From: Verrucomicrobiota bacterium
GTDB lineage: Bacteria > Verrucomicrobiota > Verrucomicrobiia > Limisphaerales > J093
Assembly (NCBI GenBank): GCA_022710935.1
Contig: JAKLFY010000010.1
Location: 19,562 to 83,561 of the forward strand
DNA: 64,000 nucleotides
Reading direction: 5' to 3'
In this document: positions 28,185 to 37,213 of the stretch, piece after piece
How the letters are laid out: each line of letters starts with the position of its first letter
How positions within the stretch are numbered: the stretch's first letter is position 1
Made by a program: the position numbers and the translations under genes
The notes under the pieces: model-generated
What the model was told of the DNA's origin: nothing
The model's database searches: none
What the model saw: only the letters and a program-made list of their open reading frames with translations

Positions 28185-28859
28185 ATGGGTGATGACGCGC
28201 GCCAACCGATTCGTCCCGTGAGCCGGGCGACGATCCTCGCCGTCGCCGGCTGGCTCCCGTTCTTCCTGGCATTGACGCAGGTCATCCGGCTTCAACCCGC
28301 GTTCGAGGACCCCACACGGTCCGTCGAGTTCCTGCCGGGCTGGACTGCGTATGCCGGCCCTGCCTCCGCGTACGGGGTGAATTGGCTTCTCCTGCTCTCG
28401 CTCAGCGGCGTGGGCGCTTTGGTTGGCTGGGGCCTGTGGATCGAGTGTATCGGCGCCCGCCATCTCGTTGTCTGGCCTCGGCTGCGTTGGTTCGTGCTGG
28501 CCGGGCCGCTCTCGGCGTGGACGTTGCTGGCTCTTTGGGGAGCGATGCAGGACGTCCGCCACCGCGATGACGTCTGGGCGGTGGCGTTGTTTCTCCACAC
28601 GCCGACACTTCTGGTCAGTTTCGCCATCGTCGGGTCCGGCTTGCGCTCAGTCCGCTCGGTGGGCGTGTGGGGCATGATCTTGCTGGCCTTGTGGGCCGTG
28701 ACGGCGGCGGTTCAGTTGCGGTTTGATCGACCCGGGCAGATCGATCCGGGCGACTGGATTGGTTTTGGGGGATCCATGTCGTTGGGATTGGCGGTGGCGT
28801 TGCGTGTGGCGATCTGGGGATGGGCCGAGCCGCCGCGGGTCCTGGCGCGAGCCTCATGA
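28185..28859 (+). CDS. Polytopic membrane protein of unknown function (about 6 TM), first gene of the PadR operon
   Basis: 224 aa with repeated hydrophobic helices (ILAVAGWLPFFLALTQVI, WLLLLSLSGVGALVGWGLWI, GMILLALWAVTAAV...). Its stop overlaps the PadR start as ATGA at 28856-28859. Confidence 0.6.
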   Translation: MGDDARQPIRPVSRATILAVAGWLPFFLALTQVIRLQPAFEDPTRSVEFLPGWTAYAGPASAYGVNWLLLLSLSGVGALVGWGLWIECIGARHLVVWPRLRWFVLAGPLSAWTLLALWGAMQDVRHRDDVWAVALFLHTPTLLVSFAIVGSGLRSVRSVGVWGMILLALWAVTAAVQLRFDRPGQIDPGDWIGFGGSMSLGLAVALRVAIWGWAEPPRVLARAS

Positions 28860-29203
28860 ACGACTATTTCGACAACTGGACGGTGCAGGTGCGCAAGGGT
28901 CTGTTGGACCTCTGCGTGCTCAGCGCGCTGGCCGAGAAGGAGCGGTACGGCTACGAGTTGGTGAAGACGCTGGTGGATCTGCCCGGACTGGGGGTCACCG
29001 AAGGAACGCTGTATCCGCTGCTCTCGCGCTTGCGCGTCCAGGGTTTGGTGACCGCGCGACTCGAGGAATCGCCCGAGGGGCCGGCGCGCAAGTATTACGC
29101 CTTGAGTTCAGCGGGCCGTGAGGTTTTGGGACTGATGCAGCAGTACATGGACGGCCTCAACCAGGGGGCCAGGATCCTGCGGAAACGAGGAGCAATCGCA
29201 TGA
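28856..29203 (+). CDS. PadR-family transcriptional regulator
   Basis: MNDYFDNWTVQVRKGLLDLCVLSALAEKERYGYELVKTL...TEGTLYPLLSRLRVQGLV...KYYALSSAGRE is the classic PadR winged-HTH. ATGA overlaps occur at both ends (28856-28859 and 29200-29203). Confidence 0.88.
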   Translation: MNDYFDNWTVQVRKGLLDLCVLSALAEKERYGYELVKTLVDLPGLGVTEGTLYPLLSRLRVQGLVTARLEESPEGPARKYYALSSAGREVLGLMQQYMDGLNQGARILRKRGAIA

Positions 29204-31818
29204 GGACGTGGACAGCCGCAGCCCGGGAGGAGCTGGAACAGTACTTCGATCGCGTGCGGACGGCACTCGAAGCGTCGGGGGCCGATGTCGCCGAGGTGAT
29301 CGACGATCTGCGCCGTCACATCGAGCAGGAGGCCGCGAGCTCCCAACTCGAAGTCGTGACCGAACAGGATGTCCGCCGGTTGCTGGCCCGGATCGGTGCG
29401 CCAGAGCCGCCGGCGTCCGAGGCTTCGGGGCGCCACGAAGGCCGGTCGAGCGCGCTTGCGACTGCCGATCCGAGGTCTCGAGGCCCTTTGGCCAACGCAA
29501 TGGCAATTGGCTTCGGCATTGTGCTGCCGACCATCGCACTGCTGATCGAATGGATGACTGGCATGTGCGCCGGGGCCTTCTTCGATCCGCTCCCGACACT
29601 CTGGCATGTGGCGTTGGTGGCGATGGTTCCCCTGACCAACGGACTCCTTTGGCGAGCCCTGCGCCAGGGTGGCGAAGCGGGTCGTGGCTGGGTGGGCTGG
29701 GCAAGCGGCGTGGCGGTCGGGGTCGAACTCTACTATGCGCTGCTCTTTCTCCCTTTGATGCTGCCGGGCTTGTTGGGCATTGTCTTTTACGGTTGGGGTC
29801 TGCTGCCACTATCCCCGGTGCTCTCGATGATCGTCACGCTCCTCCTGATCCGGCGTTTGCGAGTTCAGCGCGCGGCAATCGGCCCCGGCGCCGTTCGGGG
29901 CGTATGGCCAGGATTCGCTGTCGGCCTGGCAGGGCTGGTCTTCCTCGAGACCCCGGAAGCGTTGACCCGTTATGGGCTGACGCTGGCGACGGACGATGAT
30001 CCGAGGACCATCCGGCGCGGGATTCAACTGCTCCGCGACTGGGGCGACCGCGACGTGCTTCTGCGGGATTGCTACGGGCGCACGCGGGCGGCCGAGAACA
30101 TGGATCTGGTGGGGTGGGTCGTTACGGGCGGGCGCGCGACGCGACCCGAGAAGGCGCGCGAGATCTACTACCGTGTGACCGGGCAGCCGTTCAACAGCGT
30201 TCCCGCCCCGAAGGTGCGGACTGGGCGGGCACGCTGGGCCGGCCTGGACGATTGGACTTGGGACTTCGACCAGGCGGGCGAGGAAGTGGGCGGGCGAATC
30301 AAGGGTCTCACGTTGCACAGTTCACGGCTGGATGCCGTTGTGGAACCGGATGCGGCGATCGCCTATTGCGAATGGACGATGGAGTTCAAGAACGCCAGCG
30401 CTCGCCAGCGCGAGGCCCGCGCCCAAATCCTGCTCCCGCCGGGCGGCGTCGTCTCCCGCCTGACACTCTGGGTGAATGGAGAGGAGAGGGAGGCGGCGTT
30501 TGCAGGGCGTGGCGAGGTCAGAGAAGCGTACGAGAAGATCGTGCGCCAGCGGCGGGATCCTGTGTTGGTCACCACCGCCGGTCCGGACCGTGTCCTGGTG
30601 CAGTGTTTTCCCGTGCCGCCGGACGGCGGGATTATGAAAGTGCGTTTGGGGATCACGGCCCCGCTCGAAATGAAGTCGGCTGAGACGGGCCTCATGCGCT
30701 GGCCGCACGCGATCGAGAGGAACTTCACGATCCACGAGACGTTTCGTCATCAATTGTGGGTCGAGGGCCCGCGACCGCTGACCAGCTCGGGCGGCGCGCT
30801 TCAGACGGAGCAACCCAGGGAGGGCTGGCATGCGATCCGGGGGCAGGCCCAGGAAACCGACCTCTGGCTGGCCAGGAACTTTGTCCAAGTCTCGCGTGAA
30901 GGCGCCGTGCGCGAGGTCTGGGCTCGGGACACACGTGGCGCCACGCCGGACGTCGTGCGTCGGACGCTGCGCGCGGCGGCGGTTCGTCCGCCCGCTCGCA
31001 TGGTGCTGGTGATCGACGGTTCCCAAGGCATGGATCAGATGCCAGCCCTGGCAGAGGCCCTGGCCGAACTGCCTTCGACCGTCGAAGCGTCTGTGATGAT
31101 CGCCGGTGACGAACCGGTTTCGGTCGGAGCGGTCAGCACTGACACGCGCGACCGATTGGCCAGATGGAGGGTCCGTGGAGGGCAGGACAACGTGCCTGCG
31201 CTGGTCGAGGCATGGGATGTTGCCGTGCAGAGGCCCGACAGTCTGGTTGTCTGGATCTGTGCTCCGGTGCCGGTGGCGCTCGAGAGCGCGGAGGGGTTGC
31301 GTCAGCGCTACGAGCGCAGGCCCAACGGTCCGCGCCTGATGGCAGTGCAGACTCGAGTGGGGCCGAACCGCCTTCTTGAAGCGCTTGATGGGGTCGCCGC
31401 GGTTCAGTTGCTGCCGCGCACAGGAGATCTGGCTGCTGATCTTGGGGCGCTCTTCCGCTCATGGACGGACACAGGCAGCCGATGGGAGTGGGCGCAGGAG
31501 CGGGAGATCGACGTATCCGCCGCACCCCGAGAAGGGGCTGAGGCCTCGTCACACCTGGTGCGGCTCTGGGCCAAGGACGAGATCAGGCGATTAGCGGCGT
31601 CGCGGATGACGGAGGCGGCGGTCGAGATGGCTGGGCGTTATCAACTGGTCACGCCCGTTAGCGGCGCCGTCGTGCTCGAGACGGCGCAGCAGTACCGCGA
31701 CAGTGGGCTCGAACCGGTGCCGCCGTCCACTGTGCCGTCGATTCCGGAACCGTCCACCTGGGCCCTGCTCGCTCTGGGTTCTGGGTTCCTGCTGTTCATG
31801 CGGAGGCGCGGACCGTGA
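29200..31818 (+). CDS. DUF1700/HAAS-like N-terminal helical domain + polytopic TM region + VIT + vWA-like domain + PEP-CTERM sorting signal
   Basis: N-terminus EELEQYFDRVRTAL...VAEVIDDLRRHIEQEA...VTEQDVRRLLARIGAPE is the PadR-associated DUF1700 pattern. About 6-8 TM helices span 29480-29960. VIT-like: AIAYCEWTMEFKNASARQREARAQILLPPGGVVSRLTLWVNGEE...AYEKIV. vWA-like: MVLVIDGSQGM. C-terminus: SIPEPSTWALLALGSGFLLFMRRRGP. Confidence 0.8.
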   Translation: MRTWTAAAREELEQYFDRVRTALEASGADVAEVIDDLRRHIEQEAASSQLEVVTEQDVRRLLARIGAPEPPASEASGRHEGRSSALATADPRSRGPLANAMAIGFGIVLPTIALLIEWMTGMCAGAFFDPLPTLWHVALVAMVPLTNGLLWRALRQGGEAGRGWVGWASGVAVGVELYYALLFLPLMLPGLLGIVFYGWGLLPLSPVLSMIVTLLLIRRLRVQRAAIGPGAVRGVWPGFAVGLAGLVFLETPEALTRYGLTLATDDDPRTIRRGIQLLRDWGDRDVLLRDCYGRTRAAENMDLVGWVVTGGRATRPEKAREIYYRVTGQPFNSVPAPKVRTGRARWAGLDDWTWDFDQAGEEVGGRIKGLTLHSSRLDAVVEPDAAIAYCEWTMEFKNASARQREARAQILLPPGGVVSRLTLWVNGEEREAAFAGRGEVREAYEKIVRQRRDPVLVTTAGPDRVLVQCFPVPPDGGIMKVRLGITAPLEMKSAETGLMRWPHAIERNFTIHETFRHQLWVEGPRPLTSSGGALQTEQPREGWHAIRGQAQETDLWLARNFVQVSREGAVREVWARDTRGATPDVVRRTLRAAAVRPPARMVLVIDGSQGMDQMPALAEALAELPSTVEASVMIAGDEPVSVGAVSTDTRDRLARWRVRGGQDNVPALVEAWDVAVQRPDSLVVWICAPVPVALESAEGLRQRYERRPNGPRLMAVQTRVGPNRLLEALDGVAAVQLLPRTGDLAADLGALFRSWTDTGSRWEWAQEREIDVSAAPREGAEASSHLVRLWAKDEIRRLAASRMTEAAVEMAGRYQLVTPVSGAVVLETAQQYRDSGLEPVPPSTVPSIPEPSTWALLALGSGFLLFMRRRGP

Positions 31819-31956
31819 GATGGAGAGTGGGTGCCGAGTTCGTGAGACTCGACGCCTGTTGCGATCCCCGGTCGAGATGGATTCCCGGCGGAGTGGCGTG
31901 AAGGCCGAAGAGACCCAAGGGGCCAGCAGGGGGTGGTTGGCGCGCGGTCTCGCTCG

Positions 31957-33432
31957 TCAACGACCCACATCTTTGGGCTTGAGCTGGGGGAAGAGGATCA
32001 CGTCGCGGATGCTCTCCTGGCCCAGGAGCATCATGCAGAGTCGATCGATGCCCAGGCCCATGCCTCCCGCCGGCGGCATGCCGTGTTCGAGTGCCACAAG
32101 GAAATCCTCGTCGAGTTTCTGTTGCTCGCCGCCGGCCTGGTGTTCGAGCCGCTCGCGCTGTTCGATCGGGTCGTTCTGCTCGGTGTAAGCCGGCGCGATC
32201 TCCTGGCCGTTGATGCAGCACTCGAAAACCTCGACCGTGGTCGGATCTTCGGGCGAAAGCTTGGCGAGCGGAATCAACTCCTTCGGCGCGTGGGTGACAA
32301 AGGTGGGGTTGATGAGCGTCGGCTCGATCAGTTTCTCGAAGACAGCCTGGGTCACTTCGAAATCCTCGTATTCAGTCGCGATTTCGGCGCCCAACTCGAC
32401 GGCGCGTGCGCGCCGTTGCTCGGGTAGGAGGTCGAACCAGTCGGCCCCCGCGCGTTCGCGAACGATGTCCTTGTACTTGACCCGGCGCCAGGGCGGGGTG
32501 AGATCGATGGTCTTGACCACCTCGCCCGCGGAGTTTCTGTGTTCGACGCGCAGGGTTCCGAGGACATTCTGGGCGACGTGGCAGACCAGTCCTTGAACCA
32601 GGTCCATCATCGACTCGTAGTCGCCGAAGGCTTGGTAGGCTTCGAGCATGGTGAACTCGGGGTTGTGTTTGCGGGAGAGTCCTTCGTTGCGGAAGTTGCG
32701 TCCGATCTCGAAAACGCGGTCGATTCCGCCCACGAGCAGGCGTTTGAGATAGAGTTCGATGGCGATGCGCAGATAGAAATCGCAAGCCAGCGCGTTGTGA
32801 TGGGTTTTAAAAGGCCTTGCGGCCGCGCCGCCGGGGATCGCCTGCATCATGGGCGTCTCCACTTCCACAAAGCCGCGTCCGTGCATGAACTCGCGGATTT
32901 CTCTCAGGATTCGGCTGCGAAGCAGAAAGACGCGTTGAACGTCGTCGTTCGACATGAGATCGAGGTAGCGCTGGCGGTAGCGAATCTCCGTGTCTTCGAG
33001 GCCGTGCCATTTGGCGGGAGGCGGGCGGAGGGCCTTGGCCAGGATGGTGAACGACTCGACCCGCACGCTCGGTTCGCCGGTCTTCGTGCGAAACATCGTG
33101 CCGGTCACCCCGAGAAAATCCGCCAGGTCGAGATGCTTGAAGATGGCGTATTGCGCCTCGCCCAGCACCTGTTTCTGGGCGTAGACCTGGATGCGTCCGC
33201 TCTGGTCTTTGAGATCGAGGAACTGGCTCTTCCCCATGTCGCGATGGGACGTGATGCGGCCGGCGACGGCGACGCGCGCGCCTTCGGCCAGTTGGCCGGA
33301 CTCGAACCGCGCGCGCGTCTCGCCGCATCCGCCGGAGGGGGCGAATTTGTTCCGGAACGGATCGAGGCCCTGGGCGCGCAAAGCGGCCAGTTTCGTCCGA
33401 CGCTGCTCGATCAATGTGTTGGTGTCTTCCAT
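31957..33432 (-). CDS. lysS: Lysine--tRNA ligase (class II)
   Basis: ATG at 33432 (MEDTNTLIEQRRTKLAALRAQGLDPF...). There is an OB-fold region, and class II motifs FRNEG, RKHNPEFTMLEAY and GGMGLGIDRLCMML. Length 491 aa. The track ORF extension to 33771 overlaps tatD. Confidence 0.93.
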   Translation of the reverse strand: MEDTNTLIEQRRTKLAALRAQGLDPFRNKFAPSGGCGETRARFESGQLAEGARVAVAGRITSHRDMGKSQFLDLKDQSGRIQVYAQKQVLGEAQYAIFKHLDLADFLGVTGTMFRTKTGEPSVRVESFTILAKALRPPPAKWHGLEDTEIRYRQRYLDLMSNDDVQRVFLLRSRILREIREFMHGRGFVEVETPMMQAIPGGAAARPFKTHHNALACDFYLRIAIELYLKRLLVGGIDRVFEIGRNFRNEGLSRKHNPEFTMLEAYQAFGDYESMMDLVQGLVCHVAQNVLGTLRVEHRNSAGEVVKTIDLTPPWRRVKYKDIVRERAGADWFDLLPEQRRARAVELGAEIATEYEDFEVTQAVFEKLIEPTLINPTFVTHAPKELIPLAKLSPEDPTTVEVFECCINGQEIAPAYTEQNDPIEQRERLEHQAGGEQQKLDEDFLVALEHGMPPAGGMGLGIDRLCMMLLGQESIRDVILFPQLKPKDVGR

Positions 33433-33455
33433 AGCGATTGCCCGTTGGCTCGATG

Positions 33456-34265
33456 TCAGCGCCCCATTCGAGGAAAGAACGCCTGCGCGGCGGCACAGGT
33501 CGCCTCGCTTAGTTCTTCGAGGCTGATGCCCTTGACCGCGGCTGCCGCGGCAGCAATCTCGCGGACGTACGCCGGCTCGCAGCGCTTTCCCCGATACGGT
33601 TCGGGGGCCAGGTAGGGCGCATCTGTTTCGAGCATGAAGTGTTGAAGGGGCGTGGCGGCGAATGCCTCCCGGACTGTTCCCGAGTTCTTGAAGGTCAGAA
33701 TCCCTGTGTAGCTGACGATCGACCCAAGCGCCAGGACCCGCTGCAGCGCGGCGACATCCCCGGAAAAACAATGAAACTGCCCTCGCACGCGCCCGGCGAA
33801 CGGCCGCACAGCCTCGAGGGCATCCTCGAACGACCTGCGCTCATGGACAACGCAATTGAGCCCCATCTCGGCGGCCAGTTCGAGGTGCTGACGAAACAGC
33901 TCTTTCTGTTTCGCCGTATGCCGCAAATCATCCGCCGCGGTCCCTCCTCGTTTGGATGGGAGATGGAAGTAGTCGAGCCCCGTCTCGCCTATGGCCACGA
34001 CTCTCGGGTGCCGCGCCAGGTCTCGAAGGTCGCCTCGCACGTCCTCCGGGGCGTCATCGGCGTGGGTCGGGTGCCAGCCGACGGCTGCGTAGACGATTGG
34101 ATGATCATTGGCGAGTTGCACAGCCCGTTGGCTGGACAGCAGATCAATGCCGACAGTGATAATGCGCGTGATGCCGGCGGCAGCCGCTCGAGCCAAAAGG
34201 TCCTCGAGATCCCCGGCAAACTCGCGGGAACTCAAATGCGCGTGTGTATCGTAGAAAACGCTCAT
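33456..34265 (-). CDS. tatD: TatD-family metal-dependent hydrolase/DNase
   Basis: ATG at 34265 gives MSVFYDTHAHL. Motifs GETGLDY, VVHER, HCFSG and LETDAPYL are present. Length 269 aa. It lies 23 nt upstream of lysS on the same strand. Confidence 0.85.
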   Translation of the reverse strand: MSVFYDTHAHLSSREFAGDLEDLLARAAAAGITRIITVGIDLLSSQRAVQLANDHPIVYAAVGWHPTHADDAPEDVRGDLRDLARHPRVVAIGETGLDYFHLPSKRGGTAADDLRHTAKQKELFRQHLELAAEMGLNCVVHERRSFEDALEAVRPFAGRVRGQFHCFSGDVAALQRVLALGSIVSYTGILTFKNSGTVREAFAATPLQHFMLETDAPYLAPEPYRGKRCEPAYVREIAAAAAAVKGISLEELSEATCAAAQAFFPRMGR

Positions 34266-34400
34266 GTGTCGACTCAGCGAAAGCCGAACCGGATCTCTCC
34301 TGCCTGTCCTCTGGCGGGCTGCGTCGCGTTCACTGATCAACCGTAGGAAATCCGCGATGCGATTTCAAGCCGGAGGGAGTTGTGGCCGTGCGGTTGCAGG

Positions 34401-34514
34401 GCCAATTCATGAAGTGGAGCGGCGACGGCCTCGTCGCCGACAAACACCTTCTTCACTCGCGTCGGCGGGGGACGAGCCGTCCCCCCTCCACCCTTTTCGC
34501 CTTCATGAATTGGC
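34401..34514. repeat. MITE-like element with perfect 14-bp terminal inverted repeats GCCAATTCATGAAG / CTTCATGAATTGGC
   Basis: 114 bp, with an interior that is the reverse complement of 18279-18389. It is flanked by near-identical direct repeats GGCCGTGCGGTTG (left) and GGCCGTGGTGCGGTTG (right). Confidence 0.75.
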
Positions 34515-34716
34515 CGTGGTGCGGTTGACCAACGCGCCAGGCGTAATCCGCTTCTGCCGGGGCAGACCCGGAAATCTCACCCACGGACCGTCAGGAATGC
34601 CGCGACCGCCCCACTGGTGAGATTTCCGGGTGAGTCAGCCGATCGCATCCGCAAACTGGTTTCGCGCGCGCGAAATCGCCTGCTTTCGCCGTCAGGTCTG
34701 TTACCTTTCGCGCCTC

Positions 34717-35994
34717 ATGAGTCTGACGTTGAAACATGTCGAGGCCGCGGCGGAGCGACTGCGGGGCAACCTCCTGATGACACCCTGCACGTACTCGCGC
34801 ACGCTCTCGAAGATCACCGGTGCGGAGGTCTTCTTGAAGTTCGAGAACCTCCAGTTCACCGCGGCCTTCAAGGAGCGCGGCGCGTTGAACAAGCTGCTTT
34901 CGCTCGCCCCGGCGGAGTGCCGGCGCGGCGTCATCGCCATGTCCGCCGGCAATCACGCGCAAGGGGTCGCCTACCATGCCAAACGGCTCGGCATCCCGGC
35001 GGTTATCGTCATGCCCCGGCACACGCCCAACGTGAAGGTCGAGCACACGCGGGCGCACGGCGCGGAGGTGATACTCGAGGGCGACACGTTCGATGAGGCG
35101 AGCGGCTTCACCCGGCAACTGGCCAGGCGGCGCAAGCTCACCCTGGTGCATCCTTACGACGACGACCGGGTCATGGCCGGGCAGGGGACGATCGCGCTCG
35201 AAATGCTGGCGCAACAGCCGGGCTTGGAGGTGCTGCTCGTCCCCATCGGGGGCGGCGGATTGATCGCCGGCATGGCCGTGGCCGCCAAGGGCATCAAGCC
35301 GGATCTCGAAGTGTTCGGCGTGCAGTCGGAGCGCTTTCCCGCGATGGCCCAATGGATCGCCGGACAACCCGTCCATTGCGACCGGTTCACCGTGGCCGAA
35401 GGCATCGCCGTGAGAAATCCCGGGCGGCGGACCCGGCGCGTCGTTCAACGCCTCGTCAGCGACATCCTGCTGGCGGGGGAAGGCGAGATCGAGGATGCCG
35501 TGCTGATGCTGCTGCAAATCGAGAAGACCGTGGTGGAAGGCGCGGGCGCCTGCGGTCTGGCCGCGCTGCTGAAGTCCAGGCGGCGGTTTCGCCACAAGCA
35601 GGTCGGGCTGGTTCTCTGCGGCGGCAACATTGATCTGATGGTGCTTTCGTCCATCATCCAGCGCGGGCTGGCGCGCGACGCCCAATTGGTGCGGCTGCGG
35701 GTGAAGACGCGGGACGTGCCGGGAGAATTGGCGCGCGTCAGCGGCCTGATCGGCAAGCACGGCGGCAACATCATGGAAGTCCACCACCAACGCGCCTTCA
35801 GCGCGGAGCCGCTGCAAACCGCGATGGTGGATTTCACGATGCGCACCCGCGGCGTTGATCACCTCAGCCGCATCGTGAGGGGGCTGCGCGACGCCGGGTA
35901 CCGAACCTCTCTGCCGGACGGGGACGTCCTGCCGAGGCTCTACGCCAAGAGAGAGCAGAAGGCACAAGTGCGCCTTACCGCAGGATGTGGCTGA
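34717..35994 (+). CDS. ilvA: Threonine ammonia-lyase (threonine dehydratase), short form with one ACT-like domain
   Basis: ATG at 34717 (MSLTLKHVEAAAERLRGNLLMTP...). PLP-lysine motif FTAAFKERGALNKL, glycine loop PIGGGGLIAG, and a C-terminal regulatory domain (LVRLRVKTRDVPGELARV). Confidence 0.85.
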   Translation: MSLTLKHVEAAAERLRGNLLMTPCTYSRTLSKITGAEVFLKFENLQFTAAFKERGALNKLLSLAPAECRRGVIAMSAGNHAQGVAYHAKRLGIPAVIVMPRHTPNVKVEHTRAHGAEVILEGDTFDEASGFTRQLARRRKLTLVHPYDDDRVMAGQGTIALEMLAQQPGLEVLLVPIGGGGLIAGMAVAAKGIKPDLEVFGVQSERFPAMAQWIAGQPVHCDRFTVAEGIAVRNPGRRTRRVVQRLVSDILLAGEGEIEDAVLMLLQIEKTVVEGAGACGLAALLKSRRRFRHKQVGLVLCGGNIDLMVLSSIIQRGLARDAQLVRLRVKTRDVPGELARVSGLIGKHGGNIMEVHHQRAFSAEPLQTAMVDFTMRTRGVDHLSRIVRGLRDAGYRTSLPDGDVLPRLYAKREQKAQVRLTAGCG

Positions 35995-36364
35995 CCGGGG
36001 CGTAGGCCTTGAGATCGAGGGTCAGTTGACCTCCGGAGATCGGCAGCACCCCGCCAGTCGTCTCGCCCCTCAGCGTGACCGGTTGGGCCACGGAGACCTT
36101 CAAGCCGGCTGGCAGTGTGACCGTCAAGGGTCCGGCCAACCCGCCCTGTTCCCAGACACGCAAGAGGGTGCCGGGCTGGCCGTCGGGGTCCTCGCCAAAC
36201 GCGGTGACGAGCACGCCGCGACGGGACAGAGTGAGGCCTGCCTGAGTCTTGTAAACGATGATGTCTTTGGGCGGGGGTGTGTCGACGGCCTCAACGGCGC
36301 TCGGGGCCAGCAGGCTGAGCAGCAGCCAGACCAGGAGTGAGGGGAGGGTGTTAGGTGCTTTCAT
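35975..36364 (-). CDS. Small secreted hypothetical protein
   Basis: ATG at 36364 (MKAPNTLPSLLVWLLLSLLAPSAVEA is a signal peptide) followed by a beta-rich mature part. It is convergent with ilvA and overlaps it by 20 nt. An alternative ATG at 36379 lies inside repeat module A. Confidence 0.5.
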   Translation of the reverse strand: MKAPNTLPSLLVWLLLSLLAPSAVEAVDTPPPKDIIVYKTQAGLTLSRRGVLVTAFGEDPDGQPGTLLRVWEQGGLAGPLTVTLPAGLKVSVAQPVTLRGETTGGVLPISGGQLTLDLKAYAPVSHILR

Positions 36365-36372
36365 GGAGAGCG

Positions 36373-36697
36373 TTGACATTCAACGGGTGAATGCGCACGA
36401 GGACCGTGGACCAGAAACGCTCAACGCTCAACGCTCAACGCCCAACGTTCAACGCCCAACGCCCAACCAGCCGATTCACGGGCGTCGCGGTTTCATCGTC
36501 TCCGGCAACGCCGACAACGCGACAGACCGGCGGTGTGGTACGCCGACATGCCTTGCCAGCGCGGCGGCGGGACGCGGCGACTGCGCTGGGCGAGGCGCGG
36601 TGGCTCCGGGGCGGTCTGCTGCCAGTGGCGTCCCTCCGGTGAAATCGACCGCGTTCAGGTTGTTGGGCCTGACCAGGGGCAGGCCCGAGTTTCTGAA
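36373..36697. repeat. Composite intergenic repeat R1 (module A + 7x heptamer array + ~230-bp GC-rich body)
   Basis: 325 bp, roughly 85-90% identical by eye to R2 (37214-37517). It contains a CGYYCAA heptamer array at 36418-36466 (7 units). Confidence 0.85.
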
Positions 36698-36865
36698 ATA
36701 GCGCGCGGCAACAACGTTTGGCACGCCCATGTATGTTCGTCGCGTGACGCCGTGGAGTCCGACCCCGCCTCCCCATCCACCCGCCATGCCTGAGGCAAAT
36801 TGGGCGCAGGCGCTCGAAGCCGACAGGACGAAAGCGCTAACCAGGATGCAGGAGATGATGCGCAT
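36476..36865 (-). CDS. Possible small secreted protein whose C-terminal half is encoded by repeat R1 (doubtful)
   Basis: ATG at 36865 gives MRIISCILVSAFVLSASSACAQ, a good signal peptide, then a G/W-rich stretch. The frame runs on into R1, where several frames are open because of the GC content. Confidence 0.25.
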   Translation of the reverse strand: MRIISCILVSAFVLSASSACAQFASGMAGGWGGGVGLHGVTRRTYMGVPNVVAARYFRNSGLPLVRPNNLNAVDFTGGTPLAADRPGATAPRPAQSPRPAAALARHVGVPHRRSVALSALPETMKPRRP

Positions 36866-37112
36866 GGCCGATAAGTACGCTCCTCTCCGCATCGCTGCAA
36901 GCCGACAACCGTTCGTCCGCGTCATCGCCGCCCCCGCCTCCGTCATCCGCGGTTCTTACCCCCCTCGGCAGTCTGTGTCGCAGCCTTCGGCGCTCCTTTC
37001 GTCAGGCGGCGTGGCAGTCGACCGGGGAGATCATCGAGTGCACAGAGGGGATTGTCCGAGTTTGACGCGGCCGATTGTGCCCTGCTCGTTGAACTGCCCA
37101 GGAGAGGGAGTG

Positions 37113-37179
37113 ACCACGAATGACACGAATGACACGAATCATGGTTCCCTCGAATTCGTGTCATTCGAGTGATTCGTGG
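37113..37179. repeat. Long imperfect hairpin with 27-nt arms built from ACGAATGAC repeats
   Basis: ACCACGAATGACACGAATGACACGAAT (37113-37139) pairs with ATTCGTGTCATTCGAGTGATTCGTGGT (37153-37179) with 3-4 mismatches. The loop is 13 nt. Confidence 0.7.
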
Positions 37180-37213
37180 TTGGCGCCTGACAGTACGGGC
37201 CAAAGGTGAGGCC

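Noticed and set aside
36418-36466. Heptamer tandem arrays as a possible CRISPR array
   Set aside because: The units are 7 nt and directly abutting with no spacers. No cas genes are present. These are microsatellite-like modules of larger repeats.
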